NCBI GenBank assembly: GCA_965216325.1
Contig: OZ244160.1
Location: forward strand, 2,016,001 to 2,080,000
DNA length: 64,000 bases
Source: Coraliomargarita sp.
GTDB taxonomy: Bacteria > Verrucomicrobiota > Verrucomicrobiia > Opitutales > Coraliomargaritaceae
Reading direction: 5' to 3'
Within the stretch, counting starts at the first letter, position 1. Each line of letters starts with the position of its first letter. Positions 1-11,526 of the stretch are shown here, in pieces. The translations under genes and the position numbers were made by a program. Under the pieces are notes generated by a model. It was not told the origin of the DNA, searched no databases, and saw nothing but the letters and a program-made list of their open reading frames with translations.

Positions 1-6
1 CAACGT

Positions 7-36
7 GGTGCGCCGCGAGACGCGGCTGCGCTACCT
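7..36 (-). repeat. GTAG-family REP (family A) upstream of RAYT
   Basis: Minus strand AGGTAGCGCAGCCGCGTCTCGCGGCGCACC: GTAG followed by a palindrome; identical copies at 561-590 and 25961-25990. Confidence 0.9.
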
Positions 37-46
37 CTGAATTTAC

Positions 47-505
47 ATGAGTGAATTTATTCGGAAGCGTTTAAAGCATGGAATGCCATCGTGGGTGAGC
101 GATGGGCAGATTTATTTCATTACGATCAATGCAAGCGAGCGCGGACAGAATCATTTCGCGAAACCTGACATTGCTGGGGCGATCAAATCGGCGGTTCTTA
201 ATTACTCGGAATTGAATAAGTGGTATCCGAAGTTGGTGGTCGTCATGCCGGATCATCTGCATGCACTGTTTTCGTTGAATACAGCTCACTACAGCATCTC
301 ACAGATTATTTCACCTTGGAAAAGCTTTCTGTGCAAAACGCAGGGAATTCAGTGGCAGGAGGGCTTCTTTGAGCACCGGATTCGTGATCCGAATTCTCTA
401 CAGGAAAAGGAAGTGTATCTGCGGATGAACCCGGTTCGGGCTGGCTTAGTGGAGGAGCCTGAAGACTGGGAATACACTTGGAGTTCTGCCGATTTTCAGA
501 GGTAG
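47..505 (+). CDS. REP-associated tyrosine transposase (RAYT/TnpAREP, Y1 HUH)
   Basis: YFITI N-terminus, HUH motif MPDHLH, [25 protein letters not shown]; flanked by GTAG REPs. Confidence 0.92.
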   Translation: MSEFIRKRLKHGMPSWVSDGQIYFITINASERGQNHFAKPDIAGAIKSAVLNYSELNKWYPKLVVVMPDHLHALFSLNTAHYSISQIISPWKSFLCKTQGIQWQEGFFEHRIRDPNSLQEKEVYLRMNPVRAGLVEEPEDWEYTWSSADFQR

Positions 506-590
506 CGCAGGCGCGTCCCGCGCCGCAGGAGCTGCCGATGAATCTGGCTTACAACACGGTGGTGCGCCGCGAGACGCGGCTGCGCTACCT
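500..590. repeat. REPIN (inverted pair of family A REPs) downstream of RAYT
   Basis: AGGTAGCGCAG... (500-527) and ...CTGCGCTACCT (561-590) in inverted orientation. Confidence 0.9.
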
Positions 591-602
591 TTATTCACGC
601 TT

Positions 603-1205
603 CTACCGCACGCGCATCTTCTCTGCGCGGTAGATCGAGCGGAGGCTGTCGAAATCTTCATCCATCGTGCCACTGCGCAGTACGTAGTCGTAGTGGGGCG
701 CTTGTTCGATCTCTTCGAGGGCGACTTGCATGCGGCGTTGCACTTCGTCGTCGGCGTCAGTGGCGCGTCCACGCAGGCGACGCTCGAGCTCTTCGATGCT
801 GGGTGGCATGATGAACACGGTGGCGACGCGCCCCTTGAGCAGTTCGTCGTGGCGGGCGGTCTCACGCATTTGCGCGGCGCCTTGCACGTCGATGTTCAGC
901 AAGAGGTCAATGCCGGCAGCGAGTTTGTCCTGCACCTCGCTTTTCAGGGTGCCGTAGATATTGCTGTGCACATTGGCGAATTCATAGAAGTCGCCGGCGG
1001 CGATCTTCGCTTCAAAGGTGGCCTTGTCGAAGAAGTAGTAGTCGATAGTGTCCTGCTCGTTGCCACGTGGTGCACGCGTCGTAGAGGTGACCACTCGCTG
1101 GATGGCGGCTTCTTCGTGGAGCACGCGGTCGCAGACGGTTGTTTTTCCGCTGCCGGCTGGGCCGGAGACGATCAAAAGGAGGCCGGTTTGGGCGTTGTCC
1201 TGCAT
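603..1205 (-). CDS. gmk: guanylate kinase
   Basis: P-loop [35 protein letters not shown] at 1205 preferred over TTG 1211. Confidence 0.95.
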   Translation of the reverse strand: MQDNAQTGLLLIVSGPAGSGKTTVCDRVLHEEAAIQRVVTSTTRAPRGNEQDTIDYYFFDKATFEAKIAAGDFYEFANVHSNIYGTLKSEVQDKLAAGIDLLLNIDVQGAAQMRETARHDELLKGRVATVFIMPPSIEELERRLRGRATDADDEVQRRMQVALEEIEQAPHYDYVLRSGTMDEDFDSLRSIYRAEKMRVR

Positions 1206-1211
1206 AATCAA

Positions 1212-1748
1212 TTAGTAGGTGAATGCGACGCCTGTGAGTAGCAGTCCGTAGGCGGCAAAGAGGCCGCCCAGAATGCGTGGGCGTGACTCGCTCTGGTAAA
1301 GCCAGTCGAGGAAGTCGCGCATTTTGTAGGGGCTGGTGCCAATGATCAGTGCGGCGATCACTGCCAGAAAGACGAAGCTGACCAAGAATAGGCGGGCTAC
1401 CGGGTCTTGCATGTAGGCAGTCATCAGTAGCTCCCAGCCGATGAGGAGGATGAGTCCTGCTAGCCCGCGCACTGCGAGGAAGTCCGGCACGTAGATGTAG
1501 GAACCAACCGCGGTCACCGCAAAGAGTGCAAAGAGCGCCTTGCGGTATTGGCCAAAGTCGGCCGGGCCGAGGTTCCAGACGTGGTAAAGGAACCATGCTG
1601 CTGCCGCGCCGAACAATACGTAGGCGGCCGTTTGCGAACGCGGAAAAGCCTTGGCGCGCTTCTCGGTCTTGATGCCATGCCAAGCATAGTGGCCACCGAA
1701 TAGGACCAAAAAGATTCCGGTAAAAAGTGTAGCTTGGAAGAGTGTCAT
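1212..1748 (-). CDS. hypothetical integral membrane protein
   Basis: 178 aa, about 6 hydrophobic segments, directly upstream of gmk. Confidence 0.8.
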   Translation of the reverse strand: MTLFQATLFTGIFLVLFGGHYAWHGIKTEKRAKAFPRSQTAAYVLFGAAAAWFLYHVWNLGPADFGQYRKALFALFAVTAVGSYIYVPDFLAVRGLAGLILLIGWELLMTAYMQDPVARLFLVSFVFLAVIAALIIGTSPYKMRDFLDWLYQSESRPRILGGLFAAYGLLLTGVAFTY

Positions 1749-1844
1749 ATCTGCGAGAAGCTCAAACGAAGTGAGCAGTTGTTAATGAAGCTTTCTTTCG
1801 GTGAATCAACCTATAATCGGGAGTCGGTTGGTTTAGGGGAGATT

Positions 1845-1971
1845 TTGAACCGTTAATTGACGTGAATTGACGTTAATTTTTCTTGTGTACGTGTGCTGCA
1901 TTGAAATGCGTGCTGTCCTCTGTCCTCTGTCCTCTGTCCTCTGTCCTCTGTCCTCTGTCCTCTGTCCTCTG
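1845..1971. repeat. composite repeat: 41-bp AATTGACG unit + (CTGTCCT)8, copy 1
   Basis: TTGAACCGTTAATTGACGTGAATTGACGTTAATTTTTCTTG (1845-1885), then 8 heptamers from 1913; second copy at 21675-21783. Confidence 0.9.
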
Positions 1972-2033
1972 AATCAGGCGAAGTTTCGCAGAAGACATTT
2001 GTCAGGCAGAGCGGAGACTGTCATCCCGCAGAG

Positions 2034-2693
2034 ATGCATTTACGACTGGGTGGAAAAAATTGTCCGATAGACTTGGTGGTCTTTGACTGCGATGGCGTGT
2101 TGCTCGACACGATGGCCGCGAAGATTGAGGCCTTTCGCGTATGGGTGCCTGAGGTGCATGCGGATCTGAGCGAGGCCTTTATGGAGAGGGTCATGCGTGG
2201 TTTTGGTCGCAGCCGGCGGGTGCACATTGAGCGCTTTTACCGTGAACTCGTGCGAATCGAGCCCGATCCCGTGTTTCTAGATGCCGAGATTGCCCGTTTC
2301 TCGGCGATTTGTGAGCCGATGTGCGCGCATTCGCCATGGCGCGAAGGTTCACGCGAGTTTGTCGAGGCGGTCGCAGAGGCGGGTGTGCCGCGTTACGTTT
2401 TGTCGGGTATGCCGCAACAACCACTGGAGGAGACGCTGGACTCCGCGGGTGGAACGGAGCTGTTCGATGTGATCATTGGTTCGCCGCCAGCGAAGCCCGA
2501 GAGTATGGATCGCATTCTGGCGGAGACTGGAGTTTCAGCGGAGCGCACGGTCTTTATCGGGGACGCGAATGCGGATCAGGTGGCCGCACTGCATGCCGGC
2601 ACCCACTTCGTGTATTTCCCCTCTGAGGCGGCTCGCCCAGAGGCGGAGATTGAGACCGAAGTTAGTGATCTGCGTCAGTTGTTATTGGCTTGA
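2034..2693 (+). CDS. HAD-superfamily hydrolase (phosphoglycolate phosphatase-like)
   Basis: Motif [10 protein letters not shown], conserved KP, IGDxxxD. Confidence 0.88.
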   Translation: MHLRLGGKNCPIDLVVFDCDGVLLDTMAAKIEAFRVWVPEVHADLSEAFMERVMRGFGRSRRVHIERFYRELVRIEPDPVFLDAEIARFSAICEPMCAHSPWREGSREFVEAVAEAGVPRYVLSGMPQQPLEETLDSAGGTELFDVIIGSPPAKPESMDRILAETGVSAERTVFIGDANADQVAALHAGTHFVYFPSEAARPEAEIETEVSDLRQLLLA

Positions 2694-3498
2694 ACGGTAT
2701 AAATTGGATCATCTGTTTGATTTTCAGCTCCAATTGCTCTGGGTTGCTGGGGATGAACCATTGTTCCTCGCCACGCATCTGGAGTCTGCCGCGATAGATC
2801 TGGCCCCAAGTGCCGAGCGTGATGTTGCCCGCGTGGTCGCAGCGTAGCACGGTGACGGCATGGTCTTGGTTTTCTGGGACGATGAATTTGCCGTTACCCT
2901 TCGGTTTGACCACCAGATAGCCAGCCCGGAATTGCTTGTTAATTTCAAGGAAGTCCGTGGTTTTTAGGGGTGGCTTCACAAAGTCGGTATGAATGCGCAG
3001 CTCTTGCTTCGAACCGGCTTGGACCAGCTGATCGAGTGCCATGCCTATCTCGGCACTGTTGGTGCCTTGGGTGAATTCACGGCTTTCTTGGGCGATGCCG
3101 AGGATGTAGGAGTCGATCGCTCTGAATAGCTCCTGCTTATAGGCACGCGGGTCCGCATTGCGGTTGTTGGCTTCAACGAGGCCGTATTTCTCATACCAAA
3201 TGAGAATGTTCAATAAGGCCGTCGGACCGCAGCCGCTCTCGGGAAGGGGGTAGTCCAGCTGATTCTCAGAGCGCAGTCCCGAGCGATTGAGTCCGCTATT
3301 GGTCCGTTCCATGCCTGATATCAGTTCATGGTAATAGCGATTTTCGCCGTCGATCTGACGTTTGACCACGACTTTGAAGTCCTCGATGCCTTGTGCACTG
3401 CAACAGGCTGAAAGCGCGCAGAGTAAGATGTAAAGACTGGTTCGGGCAGTGCGTGACATTCGCTGCACGCTAGCCGTCAGCGCGGCTGAGTAAAGCAT
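2662..3498 (-). CDS. exported hypothetical protein, possible papain/C39-like peptidase fold
   Basis: Signal-like N-terminus (start may be at MSRT), SGCGPTA Cys motif and DHAVTV His motif. Confidence 0.6.
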   Translation of the reverse strand: MLYSAALTASVQRMSRTARTSLYILLCALSACCSAQGIEDFKVVVKRQIDGENRYYHELISGMERTNSGLNRSGLRSENQLDYPLPESGCGPTALLNILIWYEKYGLVEANNRNADPRAYKQELFRAIDSYILGIAQESREFTQGTNSAEIGMALDQLVQAGSKQELRIHTDFVKPPLKTTDFLEINKQFRAGYLVVKPKGNGKFIVPENQDHAVTVLRCDHAGNITLGTWGQIYRGRLQMRGEEQWFIPSNPEQLELKIKQMIQFIPFKPITTDADH

Positions 3499-3641
3499 GG
3501 AGCACGCGTCCGCTCAGTCGACCGTGGTGTTAGCAATGCTTATTGATTGTATTAAATACAAAACTTTCCCTAATAAGTCTAACTTTTCGGTTTGCGAGAT
3601 TGGATAAGAATATCTTATCTCTAATGCCTAGTCTTATTACT

Positions 3642-4520
3642 ATGAATACATACAAACTCACTACTCTCGCTGCACTTACCCTTGCAGCCACCACACTTAA
3701 CGCAGCCGAAGGCTTTGTGCTCTTCGGCGACAACGTGGAGAAACCCGCATCCGAGCAAAAGTTCGTGCGTCCGGTGACGGCGCCATACTTCCACGAGGAC
3801 TCCTTTGTGACCACCGACCTACGTGCTTGGGTGGTCGATCACCACTTCTATGGGGATACGATTGGCGGTGACGTGAATGTCTATGCGCTCCAAGTGCGTG
3901 TTGCGCTGACAGAGCAACTTCAGTTCGTTGCGTATAAGGACGGCTATGTCGATTTCGACGACGATACCGCATTGCTTGGCGGCAACGATGGTTGGAATGA
4001 TATCGGTGCCGGACTCAAATGGGCCTTCCTTCAAGACCACGAGAACCAAGTCTATATGGCAGTCGGTCTTGGTTATGAATTCGGTGTGGGCGATGAGGAC
4101 GTCTTGCAGGACACCGATGAGTATCGTGTCTGGGTTTCTTGGAACAAGGGTTACGACAAGCTGCACCTCGGTGCCACTGCCAACGTGATCATTGCCGACG
4201 ACGAAGATGAAGGTCTGCTGGGCAATGCCGACATGGTGACGGTCCACTTCCATGCTGATTACTATTTGACCGATTGGTTCAGCCCTGTGGTCGAAGTGAA
4301 CGGTTATATGAGCAACGGCGATGCCGTGCCATTCTCCGGCGTAGATGCCGTGAGCATCAACGGTGGCGACGGCGAAGACACATGGACCGGCGCGGTCGGT
4401 GCAGAATTCCGTCCAATTGGCGACGACCTAGGCCTGCGTATAGCTTACGAAACTCAGTTGAACAACGACACCAGTCTGTTTGGGCACCGTTGGACAGCAT
4501 CCGCAGTCTACGAGTTTTAA
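3642..4520 (+). CDS. outer-membrane beta-barrel protein
   Basis: Signal peptide from ATG 3642, alternating beta-strand pattern, C-terminal YEF. Confidence 0.75.
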   Translation: MNTYKLTTLAALTLAATTLNAAEGFVLFGDNVEKPASEQKFVRPVTAPYFHEDSFVTTDLRAWVVDHHFYGDTIGGDVNVYALQVRVALTEQLQFVAYKDGYVDFDDDTALLGGNDGWNDIGAGLKWAFLQDHENQVYMAVGLGYEFGVGDEDVLQDTDEYRVWVSWNKGYDKLHLGATANVIIADDEDEGLLGNADMVTVHFHADYYLTDWFSPVVEVNGYMSNGDAVPFSGVDAVSINGGDGEDTWTGAVGAEFRPIGDDLGLRIAYETQLNNDTSLFGHRWTASAVYEF

Positions 4521-4566
4521 TCGCACGATTTTGTTAGTTAGTAGTTAGTGTTAGTTAGTGCAACTT

Positions 4567-4600
4567 AGGGCGGCTCTCCATGCAGGGTCGCCCTTTCTAT
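4567..4600 (+). terminator. intrinsic terminator
   Basis: AGGGCGGC...GTCGCCCT stem followed by a T-rich tract. Confidence 0.6.
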
Positions 4601-4671
4601 TTTAGATTCATTACAACTTGTCGGGAAGATTGTTACTCAATGCTGCGAGCGCGCGTATCTCGTTGTGATGG

Positions 4672-4766
4672 CGTAGCGTGCAGCTTTAGCAAACGCTTCT
4701 TCCTGTTTAACGTAACCAAGCTGTAGGCTTACCGAAGAAGAGCGTTTGCTGAAGCTGCACGCTACG
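4672..4766. repeat. GTAG REPIN (family B)
   Basis: CGTAGCGTGCAGCTTTAGCAAACGCT...AGCGTTTGCTGAAGCTGCACGCTACG; related copy at 59175-59313. Confidence 0.85.
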
Positions 4767-4827
4767 AAGAACAGTTATTGTGCAGAATACGTTTGCCGTT
4801 TGGGAGCCATCCGACTGGATCGTGTCT

Positions 4828-5253
4828 ATGTCTACCAAAGTTACTCTACTACTGCTCGCGTTGCTGCCATTCCTTGCATTTGGGCATGATGATCATGGTG
4901 ACGTCAAAGTCGAAGTGCTCGTCCAGTCCGACAAATCCTGGAATGGGCAACAGTTGCCCGCCTATCCCACGGAGCAGCCACAGGTCAGTGTGGTAAAGGT
5001 CACGATTCCGCCGAAGTCTAAGTTGAAGTGGCACGCTCACCCAGTGATCAATGCCGGCTATTTGATTCGCGGTGAGGTCACAGTGACGACTGAAGATGGC
5101 ACCGAGCGCGTGGTGAAGACAGGCGAAGGCTTGATCGAGTTGGTGGATACCTTGCACTACGGGCGCAACGACGGCGATGTGCCGGCTGAGATCATTGTTG
5201 TGTATGTGGGCGTGAAGGGTGTGCCGTTGGCGATTATCAAGGAGGATGAATAG
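4828..5253 (+). CDS. exported cupin-domain protein
   Basis: Signal peptide from ATG 4828, cupin motifs WHAHP and E....LHYGRN. Confidence 0.85.
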   Translation: MSTKVTLLLLALLPFLAFGHDDHGDVKVEVLVQSDKSWNGQQLPAYPTEQPQVSVVKVTIPPKSKLKWHAHPVINAGYLIRGEVTVTTEDGTERVVKTGEGLIELVDTLHYGRNDGDVPAEIIVVYVGVKGVPLAIIKEDE

Positions 5254-5310
5254 TATCACTTCTTGGTAGCATCCGGCCTCAGTCTTCTGATCTCTGACTT
5301 CTGATCACTG

Positions 5311-6207
5311 GTGAACCGCATCTTTTTACCCTTAGCTCTTGCTGTCTCGGCGCTGGCGCTGTGGCAACCGGGGCTGTTTATCCCGACTAGGCCAGCGATC
5401 CCGTGGCTGCTGGGCTTGATCATGTTTGGCATGGGACTGACCTTGAGCCCGAAGGATTTTCTCGGCGTGTTGCAGCGTTGGCGTCTGGTGGGGATGGGGT
5501 TGATCGCGCAGTATACGATCATGCCGCTGTTGGCCTTGGGGATTTGTTTCTGCCTCGGCTTGCCGGCCGAGCTGATGGCTGGCTTTGTGCTGTTGGGTGC
5601 CTGTCCGGGCGGAACGGCATCCAATGTGGTGACTTATCTTGCGCGGGGCAATGTGGCGCTGTCGGTTTCGATGACTTTGGCTTCAACCTTAGCCGCTCCT
5701 GTGTTGACGCCGTGGATCACTTGGTTGCTGGCGGGGCATAAAGTCGGCATCGATGCCGCTTCGATGATGCAGACCATTCTATGGATTGTGGCCGTGCCGT
5801 TAGGCTTGGGCTTGGTCGTGCGTCTCGTGGCACGTCGTTGGGTGACCTCAGTGGTGAAAGGCCTACCTCTATTCTCCATGCTGGTGATTGCTTGGGTGAT
5901 CGGCATTGTGATGGCGCTGAATCAGCAGCGTATCCTCGACTTCCCAGGGCTCATCATTGCGGGTGTGATCTTGCACAATCTCCTTGGGCTGGGTGTCGGC
6001 TATGCTTTGGCGCGCCGTTTCACCAGCAGTCTGTCGGACTGTCGAACGGTTGCCATCGAAGTCGGTATGCAAAACTCTGGTTTGGCAGTGGCGCTCGCAT
6101 CACAATACCTACCTGCCGTGGCCGCCTTGCCTGCGGCTTTGTTTAGCCTGTGGCACAACCTCTCGGGCGCAGCGTTTGCCTCGCTCTTTGGGGGGCGCCG
6201 TGGTTAG
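5311..6207 (+). CDS. bile acid:sodium symporter family transporter (PanS-like)
   Basis: MFGMGLTL, CPGGTASNV, EVGMQNSGLA motifs. Confidence 0.92.
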   Translation: MNRIFLPLALAVSALALWQPGLFIPTRPAIPWLLGLIMFGMGLTLSPKDFLGVLQRWRLVGMGLIAQYTIMPLLALGICFCLGLPAELMAGFVLLGACPGGTASNVVTYLARGNVALSVSMTLASTLAAPVLTPWITWLLAGHKVGIDAASMMQTILWIVAVPLGLGLVVRLVARRWVTSVVKGLPLFSMLVIAWVIGIVMALNQQRILDFPGLIIAGVILHNLLGLGVGYALARRFTSSLSDCRTVAIEVGMQNSGLAVALASQYLPAVAALPAALFSLWHNLSGAAFASLFGGRRG

Positions 6208-6246
6208 TCGCGGGGAGCAGGCTTATGTGGAGCGACGCTAAGTGCC

Positions 6247-6927
6247 TCACTTAATCGTTGGCGGTGTGGACTTTGGCTGTTTCGCCCAGAAGAGCACACC
6301 GCAGCCGTGGACCTCGGTGTGCCAGTCCAGATAGCGCGACGCGAGGGCTTGCTGCAGGCTCTCGAGGCTATCGGCTTCGTTGCTGAAGATCCCTTTGCGA
6401 TTATAGAAGGCCATCAACTTGCGGGCGACTGCATTGCGTGAGACACCGCCCTGCAGCAGGGTGCTGCCGAAGATCACGCCGTCTGCGTTGAGCAGCGGAT
6501 TGAGGTGATCGAAGGTGATGGCTTTTTGCTCCATTGTCCCGGGTAGACAGTGGAGTAGATAATTGAGCCCGATGGAGTCGAAGGGCTCGGACTTAAGCTG
6601 CAGACGCTCCAGCACATTGGCACGATGTGTCTGCGGCTGGTAGCGAGCGATACGCTCGGCGGTGCTGGCGAGGCTGTCGCCGTTCAGGTCCAACAATTCG
6701 ACCCGTGGCTCAGTGCTTGGAAAAGTGCAGCGATCGAGGAAGTAGCCCGTCCCCACGCCGACATCGAGGTGGTTGCCGCTGATGTGCTGATTGTAGAATT
6801 CGAGCAGTTGGGGCGTGGGGCACTTCCAGATCCAGCGGTTGGAGATCCCGAGCACCACGAGGTCGTAGAGTTTGAGGGTGTGGCGGGTGTAAACGGCTTG
6901 GCCGGCGTGAGGGCTTGGACTAGGCAT
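6247..6927 (-). CDS. class I SAM-dependent methyltransferase
   Basis: HLDVGVGTG motif I, FDSIGLNYLLHCLPG. Confidence 0.88.
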   Translation of the reverse strand: MPSPSPHAGQAVYTRHTLKLYDLVVLGISNRWIWKCPTPQLLEFYNQHISGNHLDVGVGTGYFLDRCTFPSTEPRVELLDLNGDSLASTAERIARYQPQTHRANVLERLQLKSEPFDSIGLNYLLHCLPGTMEQKAITFDHLNPLLNADGVIFGSTLLQGGVSRNAVARKLMAFYNRKGIFSNEADSLESLQQALASRYLDWHTEVHGCGVLFWAKQPKSTPPTIK

Positions 6928-7059
6928 CTGCAGGAACCCATTGAGACGGTGGATTCATTGCAAGTCTGATCCTATCAAAGGGATCTGAAATTTCCCTGTT
7001 TTCGTCTCGCATGGTGGCCGCCGAGCTGTATTTTGCTCCGTTTTCCCAAATTTGAGATT

Positions 7060-8484
<1,425 letters not shown>

Positions 8485-8554
8485 AGGTTGCTTTCAGTAA
8501 CGCCCAAATTACACAAACACGCACACTTTTAAATCTAACACTAAGCACAACATT

Positions 8555-9820
8555 ATGTCCGAAGAACTTGTAGGTAATTGCCTGATCGCCCAATCCGGCG
8601 GCCCAACATCCGTCATCAATGCGAGCCTCGCTGGCGCAATTAACGAAGCGCTCAACCAAGAGGATCACATTGAAGAGATTTACGGTGGGCTCAACGGTGT
8701 GCTTGGCATCCTCAACGAGCAGCTCGTTGACCTTGCCGCAGAGTCTCAGCAAACCATCCGTGCCCTCCGCCACACTCCGGGTGCTGCCCTTGGCACTTGC
8801 CGCTTCAAGCTGAAGCGTCAGGAAGACTACGACCGCGTGCTTCAAGTGTTCGAAGCGCACAATATCCGCTACTTCTTCTACGCGGGCGGTAATGACTCTC
8901 AGGACACTGCGGACAAGATCTCCAAGCTCGCACAAGAGCGCGGCTACGCACTTCGCGTGATCGGTATTCCAAAGACCATCGACAACGACTTGGTCACTAC
9001 CGACCACACGCCTGGCTACGGTTCTGTGATCAAGTATATCGCGACGACCGTTAAGGAAATCGAAGCCGACAACGCGGCGATGGGCCAGCACGACCTCGTG
9101 CAGATCGTTGAAGTCATGGGCCGTAGTGCGGGATGGATCGCAGCGGGTGCCGCGCTTGCGAAGCGCCGCGACGACCCATCTGCAGCGCCACACCTGATCT
9201 ATCTTCCAGAAGTTGCGTTCACTCCGGAGAAGTTCATCGCTGACGTGCAGCACGTGCTCCAGAAGGAGAAATACTGCGTCGTCGTCGTGGGTGAAGGTCT
9301 GGTTGATCCGGACGGCAACTACGTCTCCACGGATTCCGCGGGTGCAGACGCCTTCGGTCACTCTCAACTTGGTGGTGCCGGTGAATACCTCCGAGGCCTT
9401 GTTGAAGACACGCTGCAAATCAAGGCACGCTCCGTAAAGCTTGGTATGGCGCAACGCGCAGCCGTTCACTGCTCTTCACAAGCGGACAACGACGAAGCTT
9501 TCATGGCAGGTGAAGCTGCAGTTCGAGCAGCGGTTGCAGGTGAGACCGACAAGATGGTCACACTCCTTCGCGGTGAAGGCGATAGCTACACATGCGAAAC
9601 GGGCCTCGCACCACTTTCTGAAATCGCCAACGGCGTGAAAGCACTTCCAGAAAACTGGATCAATGAAGATGGCGTAACGATGAGCTATCAGTTCTACAAG
9701 TATGCGCTGCCACTCATCCAAGGTGAAGTGCAGGTGCCATACGAAAATGGCGTGCCGGTGCTTGCGAAGCTCAAGAACGAAAAGGTTCAGCGTCAGCTGC
9801 CACCGCACAACTTCGAGTAA
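8555..9820 (+). CDS. 6-phosphofructokinase, probably PPi-dependent
   Basis: QSGGPT, GGNDS (Asp typical of PPi-type enzymes), PKTIDND, EVMGR. Confidence 0.9.
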   Translation: MSEELVGNCLIAQSGGPTSVINASLAGAINEALNQEDHIEEIYGGLNGVLGILNEQLVDLAAESQQTIRALRHTPGAALGTCRFKLKRQEDYDRVLQVFEAHNIRYFFYAGGNDSQDTADKISKLAQERGYALRVIGIPKTIDNDLVTTDHTPGYGSVIKYIATTVKEIEADNAAMGQHDLVQIVEVMGRSAGWIAAGAALAKRRDDPSAAPHLIYLPEVAFTPEKFIADVQHVLQKEKYCVVVVGEGLVDPDGNYVSTDSAGADAFGHSQLGGAGEYLRGLVEDTLQIKARSVKLGMAQRAAVHCSSQADNDEAFMAGEAAVRAAVAGETDKMVTLLRGEGDSYTCETGLAPLSEIANGVKALPENWINEDGVTMSYQFYKYALPLIQGEVQVPYENGVPVLAKLKNEKVQRQLPPHNFE

Positions 9821-9844
9821 GCCTCAGGCTGAAACGCATTTATC

Positions 9845-9880
9845 AAAAATCCGGACTGTTTGCGCGGTCCGGATTTTTTT
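9845..9880. terminator. bidirectional intrinsic terminator
   Basis: AAAAATCCGGAC...GTCCGGATTTTTTT between convergent genes. Confidence 0.8.
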
Positions 9881-9896
9881 GTGCCTGTCATTCGTA

Positions 9897-9969
9897 GTAG
9901 GGCTCGTGCTTGCACGATGCCGCTCTAGGACGGGCGTGGTTTGTGGCATTCTGCGAGCAGAAGCCCTAC
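9897..9969. repeat. GTAG REPIN (family C variant)
   Basis: GTAGGGCTCGTGCTTGCACGATGCC...GAAGCCCTAC; related copy at 22834-22883. Confidence 0.8.
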
Positions 9970-9997
9970 ATGGTAGAACCTTTGCATTTGCTTTCGC

Positions 9998-10468
9998 TCA
10001 ATCTTCCAGCAGCCAATCAAGCGTCCAGTGCTCGATGTCTTTCATGTCGGATTTGTGGCCGAAATAGGCTCCGCCAAAGCCGCTGCCGCTCTCGCAGGGG
10101 TAAAAGCTGACGTGTAGGTAGCCTTTGTGTCTGAGTTGAATGACGAGTTCGAACTCACCTTGGCCCTTGTCAACTTGCTGGCGCTGGCCAGGGAGCACGC
10201 GGCTCTTGCCGTCGCCTTCGGTTTGCGTGACATAGACGCTGATGTTGGCGCAGTCGTGACTACTCAGCTTGTAGCGGCCTTTGACAGTGACGGTGTCGCC
10301 GACTTGGTAGGATTCTGACGTGGCTTTGACTGCCTCGATTTGAATGCGGTCGCCGCTGCGGAATTTGGACGGCCCCAGTGTGAAGTCGACCGGTTGTAGG
10401 CCACTGTTGGTCGCGAACGAGGTGAGTGTGCTGAAGAGAAATAGGCTGACGACCTTGAATGTGTTCAC
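9998..10468 (-). CDS. exported hypothetical protein
   Basis: GTG 10468 gives a signal peptide; the longer ORF runs through a REPIN. Confidence 0.65.
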   Translation of the reverse strand: MNTFKVVSLFLFSTLTSFATNSGLQPVDFTLGPSKFRSGDRIQIEAVKATSESYQVGDTVTVKGRYKLSSHDCANISVYVTQTEGDGKSRVLPGQRQQVDKGQGEFELVIQLRHKGYLHVSFYPCESGSGFGGAYFGHKSDMKDIEHWTLDWLLED

Positions 10469-10514
10469 GGCATGAAGATTGGACAAGTATGGGGCGGCAT
10501 GGCAAGTTCTCTTC

Positions 10515-10594
10515 GTAGGGGCGTTGCTTGCAACGCCCGCAGTGTGGAGAGAATGCTTTGATGCTGTGGCGGGCTTCGCAAGCAAAGCCCCTAC
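10515..10594. repeat. GTAG REPIN (family C), intact copy matching the IS110 target
   Basis: GTAGGGGCGTTGCTTGCAACGCCCGC...GCGGGCTTCGCAAGCAAAGCCCCTAC. Confidence 0.88.
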
Positions 10595-10656
10595 GGTATG
10601 TTTGCGGATCACGAAAAGCGGTGGACAGCGCTACGTCTCTGTGTTCAGTAGCTCAA

Positions 10657-11415
10657 ATGACTACTCCTGACAGAAAAATTTTACTTGGTGTGAATGTGGA
10701 CCACTGCGCGACGCTGCGTCAGGCGCGCTACCGTGAGCACGCGCTCGATCATGGCGATGAGGTGGAGCCGGATTGTGTCGAGTTTGCCTTGCTGTGTGAG
10801 CAGGCTGGTGCGGATGGCATTACCATGCACTTGCGTGAGGATCGTCGCCATGTGCAGGACTCCGACGTCGAACGTGCGCGTGCGCAAATCGGCACACGTC
10901 TCAATCTGGAGATGGCCTGCACGCAGGAGATGATCGATTACGCGCTCAAGTTGAAGCCGGACTCGGTGTGCTTGGTGCCAGAGAGCCGCGAGGAGGTGAC
11001 GACTGAAGGTGGTCTAGACATCGTCGGTCAAAAGGCGCGCGTGGGCGAAGTGGTGGCTGCCATGACTGAAGCCGGCATCATTACCAGTTTGTTTATTGAT
11101 CCGGATCCGGCTCAGATCGAAATGTCCGCAGAATTGAAGAGCCCTTGGATTGAGCTGCACACGGGTGCGTATGCGAATGCCTACTACCATGAGGGCCGAC
11201 AGCGTGAATTGGAAACGCTGATCAACGGCGCTGAATTTGCGAATGGCCTCGGCCTGACCGTGAATGCGGGCCACGGCATTAATTACACCAATATCACTGA
11301 AGTGCTGACGATTCCGCATCTGCATGAGTTGAACATTGGCCATACGATTGTCAGCCGCGCACTGTTTGTTGGCGTGGAGCAGGCGGTGCGTGAAATGAAG
11401 GCCTTCTTAGGGTAG
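10657..11415 (+). CDS. pdxJ: pyridoxine 5'-phosphate synthase
   Basis: LGVNVDHCATLRQAR, HLREDRRH, TTEGGLD, ELNIGH. Confidence 0.97.
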   Translation: MTTPDRKILLGVNVDHCATLRQARYREHALDHGDEVEPDCVEFALLCEQAGADGITMHLREDRRHVQDSDVERARAQIGTRLNLEMACTQEMIDYALKLKPDSVCLVPESREEVTTEGGLDIVGQKARVGEVVAAMTEAGIITSLFIDPDPAQIEMSAELKSPWIELHTGAYANAYYHEGRQRELETLINGAEFANGLGLTVNAGHGINYTNITEVLTIPHLHELNIGHTIVSRALFVGVEQAVREMKAFLG

Positions 11416-11526
11416 TAGGAAACCCTAGGATGTGGAGGGACTGTTACCTGTGCGTCATGTAATTGACGTGGATTTGCGCTATTTTGATAGGCTTCGCGTT
11501 ACCTGTTAATTGGTTGTCATTCCGCT

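Noticed and set aside
1913..1971. (CTGTCCT)n and other short arrays as a CRISPR array
   Set aside because: Contiguous 6-8 bp units with no unique spacers; no cas genes in the window
10528..10656. N-terminal extensions of pdxJ and of the ORFs ending at 10612, 25939 and 40018
   Set aside because: The extensions run through REPINs; downstream starts give the canonical N-terminus or a signal peptide
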